Below are positions 24,931 through 37,273 of a DNA stretch of 64,000 bases, piece by piece. Position 1 is the first letter of the stretch. Every line of letters starts with the position of its first letter. The notes under the pieces were generated by a model that saw nothing but the letters and a program-made list of their open reading frames with translations, was not told the DNA's origin and did no database searches. The position numbers and the translations under genes were made by a program. Source of the DNA: Pavona decussata (lineage: Eukaryota); contig CDRNST010000233.1 in NCBI GenBank assembly GCA_977016875.1, positions 496,001 through 560,000 on the forward strand. The letters are read 5' to 3'.

Positions 24931-27562
24931 GGCTTACGCCAACATAAAATTATAATGGACAAGAAAATAAAAAAAACAGACAGTAAACAAGTTTGACAAT
25001 CAGTTTTGGTAATTTCTGTCCCAATCTGTTGAAAATCGCCTTTTTCCAGTAAATGAGGCAGTAGTGAGGCTTTCGTGCAAGCGAAAAGGAAAATCAGGTG
25101 TTTACTTTTTCATCGAAGTCAAAAGAAAAGAAAATTGTGATTTGTGCAAAGAGTATTAATAGTTTTATCTTCGCTCTTAATTTCTCCTGTGGAAACCGGT
25201 AAATTGTTTTGGCGTGTACTAATTCGCTGGATATTTAATTTGCCTCTTCGAATCTTCTTTAACCCTTAGTGACCTGCGTCTAATTTCTCCTTCACTCCTT
25301 AATCAAGCGTACATATTAGGAGAATAAAGGACATGATCACCAAATATGAAATGTGTGATAATTAAACAAATTCTCCCAGCTAGCAGCGTAAGAGATATAT
25401 TGTGAAAAGTGAGGAGAATTTCCATATCGGTGTTAAAAGTTAGGTATGTGTTGGCGTTAGGTATGATTATATTATGACTTGAAATTTCATGTTTTTATTT
25501 CACTACTTACACTAAACTTGCTGTTCTTCACGATTGATACGCAGTCCGTGTATGCAGAGAGAGAAGAGATTGTTCTACAACCACACTGAGATCACTGAAA
25601 CAGTGAGGGAAACAAAGAGTGATTAGAAAGGCGTCCTCTAGTTGGAAATTTGGTATGAAAGGATGGTTTCGTACTCGGCAGTTGACGTAACATGTTTGCA
25701 TTATTTTCAAAAATGTTTTCCTTTCTGATTTAATCAAGAAATTTTCATGGAACATAGTGGTCGCCCTACCACATTTTCCTGATATAGTTGAATAACTCAA
25801 TGGGAAAATGTGCAATCATTTCGGTAATTTTTCTTTTTTTAGACACCAGCAAATTACAACAAAGAAACATTACTAAATTAGGAGATACGCAATGATCTTT
25901 CTCGTTTTGACAGACATGGAATTGAATTTTCTACGCCCATTTAATAAAACCTTAAAGCTTTTACTGCCAAACGCTTTTAACTGGCCTAGAAACTTCTGTC
26001 GCTAAAATACTCTGGCACAAACGTTTAAGGGCAATATTTCAATGGTTTGGAACTTTATATATTTTTCTGTTAATTCAGATTAAATTATGCGCTACATAAT
26101 TAGTAATTATAAAAAACCTTTACCTCGAGGAGGAGATGACAACAACCGTTCCTCGCAGTTTTTGTTCCGTGGGATAGCCTCGCTACTGTCGTTTTTGAGG
26201 TCGGCTCTATATCGTTTTCGTGCTGCTTTCTTTTCATTGACGTTTTTGCCTCTATGACTTCATTTGACAACTAATACTTCTCTTTAATTGGCCTAATTTG
26301 AAGTTACTCGAGAAGATGATGTTTTTTCGCTGATTCCAACTTCTACTCCGCTTCTGATCGAGTTTTTTTTCGTGCAAACAGACTGTTTTTCCTTGCTTAT
26401 GTTTTGCGTAAGTTTGCTTTTTGTGTACCTTTATGTCTTGTTATGGGATTAAACGTAAATCCGTCAAGTTTCCTTTGAACGTGATTTTACATATGAATAA
26501 GTTAGTTTTATCTGTTATACTACCTTACAAGATATATCTCCATACTTTCTCTCTATTAAATCTGCAGAACGTCGTTCCAAAACTGATTTCAAGGAGTAAG
26601 AAATCCTTAGTTACCTGTTGAGTGACTCGCAGTACAGTCGAAATAAAAAAATCTGTAATTAATCAGTGCATAAAGTTGTCACAGAAGTCAGGAGTATTAG
26701 ACAAATCTTTACACAGATGGGCACTAATTACTGCTTTTAAAATTTGTATGCATACACATATTGGCAAAAAAAGCGTGGGATAGTCAGCATTGTTAAAAAC
26801 AATTCCGAATCATCGAAAACTAAAAAAATTATAGTAACAACAAAATTAACCCTCCATTAATCAAAAGATGACGACGTTCTCACCATATTTCATTCCTAGC
26901 CATATCAGGGCAAAGAAAAAACACACAGTAATGAAATTAACATTAAATAATATTGTATTTTTAAATTATGGTTACAGTCACATCTTCGCCTTATCAATAG
27001 TTTTTAACTTAGTCTTCAGTTACAGGACGTCAGGCTAAGCTATATAGTCAGTGGCAATAGCAAATAAGTGATCTGTAAAATGAAACCGTGTCGGATCAGA
27101 GTAAACGCAGTGTCTCATACCAGTTTTCAGTGCACAACCGTGCGAAAAATGCATGTGGGCTACCTTGTTGACAAAACAATGGATAATTTTTTCGAAGGCC
27201 TTTTTACACGGCTTGCGATTTTCGCACAATTTTGTCGCATGGCTGTATGTAACTGATGCAGCCGGCTTAAATGGCATGTGTGTTCTAGCGGCTATTTCAT
27301 TTGCGACTGTATCGCCGCGATATATATCGTGCTCGTTTAAATTGGTTACTATTATAATAATTTCGCCGGACTTTGTGGCGTATTTTGCGGGTTATAATGT
27401 GTTCTGCTAAGTTTTAAGCTTGTGTCCAATAAAAGTTTTTATGCAATAAAATAAACGCCGACGCGACGCCGGCAGCGTTCAAGATATCGCTTACTGTACT
27501 GTCTGTACTGTCTTCGGCTTTTGATTCCTTTTCTGAATGTCGTCTCAAATAATTATAATAGT

Positions 27563-27730
27563 AATAGAGTTGATGTTCTTGGGCGTAGATATGTTTTTGG
27601 CCCTTCTCACAACTGTATCATGTAATAGGCGAAGCTAATAAAATAAAAATAAAACAAATAAAAGTGATTTTAGAAAATGAGGCTAAGTCGGGCCAAAAAC
27701 ATATTTACGCCCGCGAACATCAACTCTATT
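27563..27730. mobile_element. MITE with ~40-bp TIRs
   Basis: aatagagttgatgttc..gggcgtagatatgtttttggccc / gggccaaaaacatatttacgccc..gaacatcaactctatt. Confidence 0.85.
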
Positions 27731-28710
27731 GTTATTCTGTATCACCGCTCCATCAAATACTCGTCGAGTCTTCGCTTCTACAGAGTACAATAATGATAGC
27801 AGTTAGTAGCAAACAAACCGTTTAAACTATTAGCTGAGCTTTTGAGCTGTTTTATAGATATTTTGGCTCGAAGTCGAAACCACAGGCTGGACTGTTGATT
27901 CATAAAATACGCCGCAAGATTTTCTCACCCATGTGTAACTGGAATAGGCTCGAGAACTGGAGCTTTGGGCTTTAACACTTTTTTTAACTGATCTAAGTTT
28001 CTAACTTTAATATAACTCCCTTACTAAATCTTTTCTGGAAAATCTCGGTTAAAGATTAAGAATTTCTGTCGGTTCAGTGGTTTTTGTCTCCGAAGTCGTT
28101 TGATTTGGGGTTGACTCGTACTATCCAGTGAGCTTACAGTTAATCAAGCAAGCTTTCCGGATAATTTCGATCTTTTTTTGTGTTTTGTTTTGTTTTGTTT
28201 TGCTTTTTTGTGGCAGCAAAAATAAGAATGATGAACATTGAGTCGGAAACAAACCTTGTAATTATGAACGACTGAAGTTACTGAATGTGTTTCTTTCCAC
28301 CTGCATTCGCCAGAGGTCCTTAGAGTTGCTTGGTTACCAGTGTAAAAAGGAATATATTATTAAATATTCATCGTCTTTGTGCAGTGATCGTCTGCCGGGA
28401 TCAAGGATTTCTAGCGCAAGCAGCTTGGTACGTATAGATTAATATTTTTGTGCTAAAGTGATTCAGCTATAAACTACATGTTGTTTTGTAGCTGTGATAA
28501 ACCTTTCACTTGACCGAAAAAGGAAAGACACGGAGAATTATATCATTGCTTATTTTTTCATCTAAATATTCCTTTCAGATTATTTCAGCTTAGATTCACT
28601 ATTATAATAGATGTTCTTTGTAAAGCCATGGAACTTAAAATCACTCTTTGGGACATTGTGTATAGAATTAACTTAATCTTTTTATGTAGGTTAAGCATGC
28701 TTCGGGCCTA

Positions 28711-28744
28711 AAACGTCGAGGTAATTTTAATTACCTCGACGTTT
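28711..28744. repeat. Perfect inverted repeat, 16-bp arms, 2-nt spacer
   Basis: aaacgtcgaggtaatt-tt-aattacctcgacgttt. Confidence 0.9.
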
Positions 28745-29128
28745 CTATTTAAAATTAGAAAAGACATGTCATGATATTCTGGATAGTTTTCAACAGAAAA
28801 TATATTCCACCGAATGTTTATGTTTAGTTTTCAACCAAGTTGCAAGTTTGTGTGTGTTTAAGCACCACAGGGTTTGGTGAATGTGAGTACAAAATCATCT
28901 TTAGGGCGGGTTTAATGTACCAGATTTTTGGCTTCACAAACCTAGTAGTCAATAAGCATAACCGACCTCTCACCTATCAATTCCTAGCTGAATAAACTTG
29001 AAAAAAGAAAACACTTTGTCTCCTTCCAAAATAGTCTGAACTGCCGAATTTGAATTTATTGGAAAATGTGTGATATTTAATAACAACACTGCTTTGGTGT
29101 TGCTTCTTTTTCTAACAGGTGGCTTTCA

Positions 29129-32100
29129 ATGATGAGAATTAATCTGCAAAGCATTTTTCTTTTCTTTGGAATAACAACTTTTCTGTTATTGGGGATCGGA
29201 ATTTTACAATGGCATAAAAACTTGCGAAAATTATCCAAGGAGCGTGTTCCATTATTATTGTCTCATCCTCTCCCAGGTATGTTGACTTGTCAAAACTTTA
29301 CTAAGCCAATTTTGATATACAGTATTAAAATCATATACACAGACAAGTAAAAACTAGCGATATAATGTTCCGACGTTTCGGCGACGTCATGACGCCATTC
29401 TCAAGGAATGAATAATATAAGCGAATTCAACGGAGTAAGATCTTAGATTAGCATAATGGAGTAATTTAAATGAATACTTTGGCGCGGATCGAATCTGTTT
29501 GTACATTCAAGCGTGGTCTTAATTGTTTGATGTACAGCATTTCGTTAATTAAACAATCAAATTTGTTCCTGCATTTTTTCAGTACTTTGAAACAGCTAAG
29601 GAGGTCTTCAGGGACTGCGCTCGCGCGATCGTTATCATAATGTTTCCGCACAGAGGATGAAGTGCTGTTGTGGCCAACAACGCGCGCATGCAGATGACTA
29701 CGAGTGTAACCAACATAGCTACCTGTATCGCACAGGTTACATTGAAAACAATAAACTACACATTGCTGGTTAACTAGCTGTGGTTTGGGCTCCAATTCTT
29801 GGAGGTCTTGGCCAATTTTGCGACTGACAAATACGGGTTGGATTGTGGTTTGGAGCTTAAGACTAAGGTCTTTCAACTGAGTCTTAACAATGTCAGCGGA
29901 AACTTGATCCTTAAAACCTGGAATGATCACTCGGGTCACGTCATTTTCCATTACTGGCGAGGCCTGCGGTGTCTGCTGGTCAGCAACTCTCGAGTTGATA
30001 AAGGTGTTAATGGTGGAGTTGATGAGGTGTAGAGGGTACTTTAGGCGTGAAAACACAGACTTCAAGCGTTCACACTCGTCCGAAAAATAACTCCATGACG
30101 AGGATAATCGGTGAGCACGATCCAGCATAGCTGTTAATAAGCTTCATTTGTACCGGTTGTCTACGTGACTCTGGTAATGGAGAAGTAAGCCGGTATTAGT
30201 AGGTTTCACGTAAACCCTGGTCTCAATTTGGGGCGCTCGATTTAAGAGCTGGGTTCCGAGAAAGGGGAGCATCCCATCCTTTTCGATCTCCATGGTAAAC
30301 TTGACAGCAGGATGGGCGTGGTTGAGGGTATCAAGGAAATCCGTAGCTGTGGTGATATCGGGTATAACTGTGAGGGTAAAGCATTAAGTGTCCCTTTTTA
30401 GAAAAGGCGCCTTTAATTGCATCTAAAGCATTATTAATCAAAATCGGCATACAGAGGTCCATTTGTGAACAAGTAATTTTTTTTTCCTTTTTTTTTATCA
30501 GTTCAAATCGATCTATTCATGGGGTGTTTACATTGCGATTTCATACCGTCTCTACATGAAGGGACACTTAATGTCGCCCGAAGAAACTGTGATGCCATCT
30601 TGGATTGGATGTGGTCTTTGATTTAATAATGTCCAAACTATGACAAACTCGGACGCTTATTTTTACTTTGCCACACCTAAGCGCGTCGGGAATATATTAA
30701 GTTCAAATCACAATTCGAGACAATGAAATTAAAGGCGTCTTTTCTAAAAAAATTGATGGTCTTCTTGTCTAAGCAGAATTTTACAATTTAGAAAGACAGG
30801 TGCTCTTGAAGAAAACTAACAATAAGTTATTTTGTTCTCTCTATTACTAGGCCAAGACAGATATTGCAATCCTGAGAGACTTCCTGAAGGTCTTTCAAAG
30901 CTTTTCAATTTGTACGATGAGGTTAAAACGTTTGTAACGTTCATTGGATACTCACAGGATATGGACAGTCTGGCAGGCGCCATGTTGGATGCTCATCCCG
31001 AAATACTCATTCCTCAAAAATATGACATTATTGGAAATTGGAAAATGTTTCAGGACAAGCATTTTCAAGAACTTGGTCTGCAGAAGTACATGCTGTTTTT
31101 TCTTTTGCAGTATCTTTCCAGGTTTCAAGCTCTGTTTAGAAACAAAGCCAGAACACCGAGACATTACTGGTTGTGGACTTTCAAAGGTGATGGCATTAAC
31201 TACAACTTTGTTCCTGGCGCCTGGCAAGGAACCACCAATGGAAAACTTAAGGTTAAGTCAAAGAAAAGCCCAGCATTATGATAGGTCGTGTCTCACACGT
31301 GAGCCCTTGAAAAGGATCTTGTAACTTGTAACGTAGGGTTTGGAAGAAGGAACCGCTGTGTATAAAGCAATGGGTTATACACCAGTCAATTTCAACAGTG
31401 CCAATCCCCTCCTTTATCCTGGGGCTGACCCCGGTCATAGCATTTTTTATTTACTTATTTATTTTTTTTAATAACCAAATATCCCACGGCGGGGACTAAC
31501 GAGCTTGTCAAACACTCCATGGTGCAGTTTTGACATGTAGTTCTTACGTCTCGGATAAGTCCTATATCTCTGTACTATGGCAGCGACCGTTCGTTCTGTG
31601 ATCTACTATCTCATTTACGTCCACCTCATAAATAGTTTATCGAGAATTTATTGTCTTTGCTGATGAACTTGTCATTGACACGAAGCAACAGTATTGTGAG
31701 ATGAGAATCACGAAGTCGTCAAATACCTGGGGATACACCAATGCCAAACCCCTGAGATTGACAGTGTTAAAAAATGACCAAATAATTCCCGAGTGGATGG
31801 GCGTTGCTGTGGAATTGACTGATACTTTACACTTTAATGTTTCTTTTGGTGTAATGGTAAGGTTGCACTAATACCTAACTGGCCCACACAGCCGGCCGGA
31901 GCTTAACCCGGTTTCTATAGCATGAAACAACTAGGAATATTGCTACTCCTCCCTGGGTGGGTTGCCAATTATATAATCTATCGCAGGGTTACCCAAGTAG
32001 TACGTCGCCGGTACCCAACTATACACCTGGGTGAAAAGAGACGTCAAAGTGGAGCAAAGTTTCTTGTCTAAGGAAACAACACAGTGATGCAATGACTAAC

Positions 32101-33665
32101 CTAGCCTCGATCCCACGACCCTCCAGCCTTTCAACCGTCAAAATTTGTTTTGTCGTGTAGATTTTGTGCACATTTTTCAGGTAAATCTCATCCTATTTGT
32201 AGACCAAATTAAAAATGACGAGGGTTCGCAAAAACGGTCTAAAAACTATATTTTTTAATATGCAGGTTATCGGAGATTCAAGTGGAGTTATAACTTCACA
32301 GAAACTACGGGACAGTCATGGAAACTTTTTAGTCCTTGAAGAAATGCAAGCGCTTGTTGGGATTCCGGTCAAATTTGTTCACATTATTACAAATCCGTTT
32401 GACAGTATTGCTTCCAGTGTGATAGGACAACCGCCATCAGGCCTTAAGGTACGTGATTAGAGACAGGTATCTCCAATATCTTTGCAAGTTGGCGCATGAG
32501 AGCTGCTCTTGCCTCTTTCGCGGGATATACTGGTTAGTTCCTTTCTCTGAAATTGCCGTAAGGTGGCCAGCACATGTAGTTTTCCTGGAAAAAAATTAAC
32601 AACTTACAGCTAACAACACTACAAAAAAATATATTACAGGTCACGGTTGAGCATTTCAGCAACAGAAGCAAAGAGTTAGCGCTTGAGACAATGTGCAAAT
32701 AAAATATTTGATTGTAAAGATGACTGTCCAAAAATGTTCATCCATTTCTTTGAAGGTAATGCAGCTGGAGGTCACGTACTGTAGCTTTTCAGGAAAATTT
32801 TCATATAACGGGTAATAACTTAAAGAAGACCTGAAATGGGAAGAGCATGGCATTAGCTAAATGGTCAGGTTTGACTATCAGGCGTAGTAGCTCATTTTCA
32901 AAAATTAACGGCCATTTGTGGATGGCTGTTTCCAAAACCTTTTTGCCGTCTACTCAACTGTTGGAAATGACCGTTCGTTCCAGGAAGTCATGGCCATTTA
33001 TGCAACTGTGGAGAAACCCCACGTGTAGCCATTCAAATGAAAGCGCTATAGAGCTGTTCGTCTCAATTCGCAACTAGATGAAACGCTCAGTAGACCTACA
33101 CTTTTAAAAAGCTATTTTTCTTTTCACTGGACCCTTATAACCTGCAGTTGCATTGTTTTTAGGGCTGGGAACATTGTTCTGTTGTTCGTTCTATTGTCCT
33201 CTCGAACAGCCATGTAAGAGGTTACAAACCGTGCAGGTCGCCCCGAAACACCGCGGCTTCCATGTGTGTGTGAGGACTTTTTCGTCTTCCACATCTTTAA
33301 ACAAGAACTGATTCCTGTTGCATTTTTAGATCAACGACTCCAATGCAGTTAACAGTGCGATCAAGAACTTCTTTGCATTGCTTGAGAGCAATGAGCAAAT
33401 CCGGAAGATATATGGCAACGCGGTGTTGGATGTTTATGGTTACAATCTGGTGTTTAAACAAAGCGAGACATTAAAACAGATTTGCATATTCCTAGACGTT
33501 CAGTGTGACGATAACTATTTGAAAACAGTTGGAAATATCGTCAGTGAGGTTACTCCATCGAGACCTAGAGATCTTGTGGAGTGGAGAATGGAAGACAAGG
33601 ATAGGATTCACAATGAAATGAAGAAGTTTGCTTTCCTTCAACCATTTTCCTTTAATTCTGATTAA
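29129..33665 (+). CDS. Type II membrane sulfotransferase-like paralog, ~355 aa, catalytic residues substituted (ST2, candidate pseudoenzyme)
   Basis: Exons 29129-29276 (signal anchor), 30851-31251, 32266-32448, 33330-33665, with the same intron positions and phases (1,0,0) as ST1 and no stops. Shared blocks LYD.V.TFV.FIGY, LDAHPEI.IP, QKY.LF, VPGAWQGT.NGK.KVIGD, NPFD, YG.AVLDV. Confidence 0.88.
29320..30377 (-). mobile_element. 5'-truncated Penelope-like retroelement (RT C-terminus + GIY-YIG), antisense in ST2 intron 1
   Basis: TLTVIPDITTATDFLDTLNHAHPAVKFTMEIEKDGMLPFLG...VYVKPTNTGLLLHYQSHVDNRYK*SLLTAMLDRAHRLSS...CVVYCFQCNLCDTGSYVGYTRSHLHAR...EMLYIKQLRPRLNVQ. One in-frame TGA at 30146-30144. 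Confidence 0.93.
29368..29408 (-). ncRNA. Minimal type I hammerhead ribozyme motif, U3-A8 core variant
   Basis: Minus strand: ttcc-TTGAGAA-t-GGCG-tcatgacgt-CGCC-GAA-ACGT-C-ggaa. Stem I ttcc/ggaa, stem II GGCG/CGCC, palindromic ACGT stem III, GUC site. Confidence 0.72.
30382..30573. mobile_element. MITE with perfect 15-bp TIRs
   Basis: cattaagtgtccctt ... aagggacacttaatg. Confidence 0.75.
31378..31824. mobile_element. Degenerate MITE
   Basis: cagtcaatttcaacag ... ctgtggaattgactg imperfect TIRs. Confidence 0.45.
31880..32125 (-). mobile_element. tRNA-derived SINE copy
   Basis: Minus strand has a B-box-like ggtcgtgggatcgag followed by gtgttgtttccttagacaagaaact...cacccaggtgtata...gcttcatgcta-like...aaaccggg. 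Related pieces at ~18600, ~46130 and ~59230. Confidence 0.65.
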
Positions 33666-34782
33666 ACTTTAAAAACACTCAACTCAGCGAGACAATTGAC
33701 TGCAAGAGAAATATCTGAGGATCACGTTTAGTATTAGGTTTTGGACGTGTTCACTTGCACAACACACACGTTATTGCAGACCTTCAGTATTGAAATAATT
33801 GCAGTTCCTTTCATGTAGAAAACTCTTAGGTTCAAATAAGAATGTTACTTAGTAAAATGGGATTGAAATGTTATTTCGTATGTATGTCAGGGAATTAAGA
33901 ACGCCTATGGTGCAGGTGAAAAGTGCATGCGCCTGGCAAACTTACCTGCGAAGCACTAAAGTACAAATAAAAGAAAATGGCGTTCTATGAATTACCAGGC
34001 CTGGCCTGGTGGCCCACACCAGTAACATAACTACGTAACTACGTGGCCATAAAGACAGAAAGAAGATATCATTTTTTATTTCTTCAGGTTGTTTCGTTTA
34101 TGTTGTTGTGCCCATGCTATATCGTGTACTTGTCATGTTTCTGACAAAACGGTCGACAAAAATGTTTACTTCCGTTTGTGGGTCTGAGTCGCTAATGGAG
34201 GTTTCCAACGAATACAGACATTTTACGTTTAACATTAACAAATAAAGTAATGAGCAAAGGACAGGTAAAACACCCTTTACTAAGTTGTTTACCTCAACAG
34301 AAGGACTGTACTCCATTCACAGTATGCAGATATCTTCTAGAAAAAGTGCCTTCGGGTCCTACAGCGACCTGCACTTAAGCATAAGTAATGTCCTAATCAG
34401 CGGACAATGAAAAGTAAATAAAAAACAGCGCGAAAACAGGTCGTCAGTCCGATTAGTTATGGACGTCATAAGTATAGTCCTTTCCCTATAGCAGCAATAG
34501 ACGACGGTACATGTTACAAATGAAAGCTACGTGTATTACTGCATACAATTTTCGTATTTCATAAGTGAACAGGTAACGTACTTGAGTTGATTGGTGAGAA
34601 GAAACTGACATAGGTACACAGCTCGAGCAAAACTCGATGATCATTTCTGATTAAACTCATTTCATATACTCCGCCCTCTTGCGAAAGCAGCCGTCATTCA
34701 CTAAGCAAAAGACATGTACAGAAAAGAGAAAATCTTTCTGTTAATCCAATAAAATCACCAAAACGTAGCCCTCCGTCTTCTG

Positions 34783-34910
34783 NNNNNNNNNNNNNNNNNN
34801 NNNNNNNNNNNNNNNNNNNNNNNNNNNNNNNNNNNNNNNNNNNNNNNNNNNNNNNNNNNNNNNNNNNNNNNNNNNNNNNNNNNNNNNNNNNNNNNNNNNN
34901 NNNNNNNNNN
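34783..34910. other. Assembly gap (128 N)
   Basis: Run of n. Confidence 1.
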
Positions 34911-35940
34911 TTTTTTAATGTTTGGAAGTGAATGAAATTTTTGCGTGACCAATAAGCAAAACACAATTTTAACGTACAATAAACTGAAAATCCTGGAGTC
35001 ATTTGCTCCGCAGGTTGAAGGTCTCGCAAAGAGCAGCTGATTTTAATTCAATGGTCGTAGAAAACACCGAAAGCAAAAAAATAATAATTATTATTAAAAA
35101 ACATAAATAACCCTAGATAGTAGCTCCAATTAAACGTTTCATTAATACTAACTTTTTGCGATAGATTTTCTTCCCTTTGTTATTTTGATTTCACAATTGC
35201 GAGACGCTATTTCCGTCAACTTGAGGAAATTTTCTACCCCTTCTAAAACCACTAAATCATCATATTATAATTTAGACAGATCGCTGCGAGAAAAAGAATT
35301 GACATTTCAGCCATTTCCTTCCGTCAACGGTGACTAATGCACCCAAAGAGCTCGAGAATAATATATAATCTATATAGATATATATACCTCTACATCTGAA
35401 ATCTTATTAACCAGGTTATTACGCATGTGCAAGACACTCCTTTTTTCTTCTGAGCTCATAAAATAATATTTTCCTTGCAGAAGAGCAAAACGCTTCGTCT
35501 CCAAAGCGACTCTTAATTCTTACAGTGCCTATTAGACAATACTCTTTAAAAATCTCACAGAGTCGCTAATATTTTGTCGAGTTTTCAGTTCACTGTGTAC
35601 AACAGAAATCTTTCCTACCATGCCACCGGCTAAGAATATCAGAGGGCGCATTATGAAAGTAGCTTTTTCAATTAATGCTTCCGGCAGTGCTTTTCTGTTT
35701 CAAATGTTCATTTACTTCGTTGAGATTGTTACCCATTCAATCTTCAATAACTGTTTTTAACAAATAGCATATGATGCCAGCATCAAATAATAAGGCACTT
35801 AGTGCTGAGTTTATGTTAAAAACATATCCACAGTAAGGTTTTGAAAATTCAATAAACGCGAAGGCATTTTTAAATTAAGAGACTGATCAATACCTTCGGA
35901 TATTTTCTTAGCTTATTGTAAAAAAAAATAGCTGAAGAAT

Positions 35941-36210
35941 CTAAAAAAGCACACTTTCTTTGCCAATAACAAGTGAGGATTCAATCTGGATAACACAGTT
36001 TGGAACAATACGAAAATATCCACCTCCACTGAGCGTTACGATTATGCAGAACATAAAGCCAATTAAGCACCCACTCTTCACAGTTAAATCAGCTGTACCA
36101 GCTGAGAGCAATACCTTGGGTGCTAAAACAAGGCAAACTGTCGAATATTCTAAGCCTTGACTCTGCACATAACATATATCTTCAAGCTGATTCAAGTGAT
36201 TCTTGGTCAT
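35941..36210 (-). pseudogene. Possible degraded PIG-H-like (GPI-GlcNAc transferase subunit H) fragment
   Basis: IVPNCVIQIESSLVIGKESVLF resembles the recalled PIG-H segment IIDSLGIQMTSSYASGKESTTF and follows a hydrophobic stretch. The frame stops in a T-run. Similarity is weak. Confidence 0.3.
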
Positions 36211-37273
36211 GGTGTATCTGAAGACTATCTCCGAATTCTAGAAGTTTGTGCTTTGTTTACAGAATTTAACAAACGTCCAGCACGTCACTGTTGTCAGCGG
36301 TAGGAAAAAGGAAAACTGATAGGGCATCAATCCATACCGCTGATTAAGGTAAGTTGTATTAAATTCATACGGTAAACGGTAAGTGTAATGAGTACTATTT
36401 TCGAAAAACTAGTAAACCTTTAAGCTTATTTTAGCTTTCTTTATACATTGAAATATTTCCGTTTAAAAGAATCTGAAACCAGCTTGCCAATCAAAGATAG
36501 AGGACTAATATTTAAGATATACCACACACAAATGCTTGACTACATGGTTCAGGAACCTCTCTATGATTTCAATTTTGTCGCTGTTTTACCAAAATCGTCA
36601 ATTTCTTCAAACAGATTCGAAATTTGTTCATTGCCGATAACCGTGTTATTTAGATAAGCGAATAAATATCTCACTTTCCTGAAATAAATGCGATGCGAGA
36701 ACCAGGCTGAAAAGTGGCCGTGAATAATAACAGCTGCTAAAAGACGATAACAAGTTAGGCCGCTGTCCTTTTCTTCGTTGTTAGTACATGGTTTCGTTTG
36801 CTATCATTGTCGATATCGTCAAAATAGAGAGATTCCAAGAGTTGAGAGGTTAACTGAAATTTTATAGATGGCACAATTTTAATCAGTGTTAGTTTTATCT
36901 GATCATGACGACGATGATTAAGTTGCAAATCGTCGCTTCCATCGTCGTTTATCAATGGTCGCGTCTTTTGTATGATTTCCTCTGGCTCGGAGAACATAAC
37001 AAAACTGTTGTTCTAGGAAAACTTGTTGCAAATGAATTCATACGTAACTAGAGTCATACGGAACTGAGTTGCCTGTAGGTTCACATACAACTCAATTGAG
37101 TCTCTATTTAATATATTAGTTCCATACTTGCTGTTTGACAGGGCCTGGCCCGGCCAGCAACTACTATTTATCAGTCTACTTTTGTGTTGGACTTAAATGG
37201 ATTTTTCATTTTCTTTTCCTTTGTAGATTTCATCGGACTTCGTCTTCTTCTTCTTTTTTTTTAAAGGACAAGC

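Noticed and set aside
26560-27410. Possible decayed LINE reverse transcriptase (QWIIFSKAF...NFVAWLY...NG)
   Set aside because: The resemblance is too faint and no catalytic motif is visible. It needs a translated profile search.
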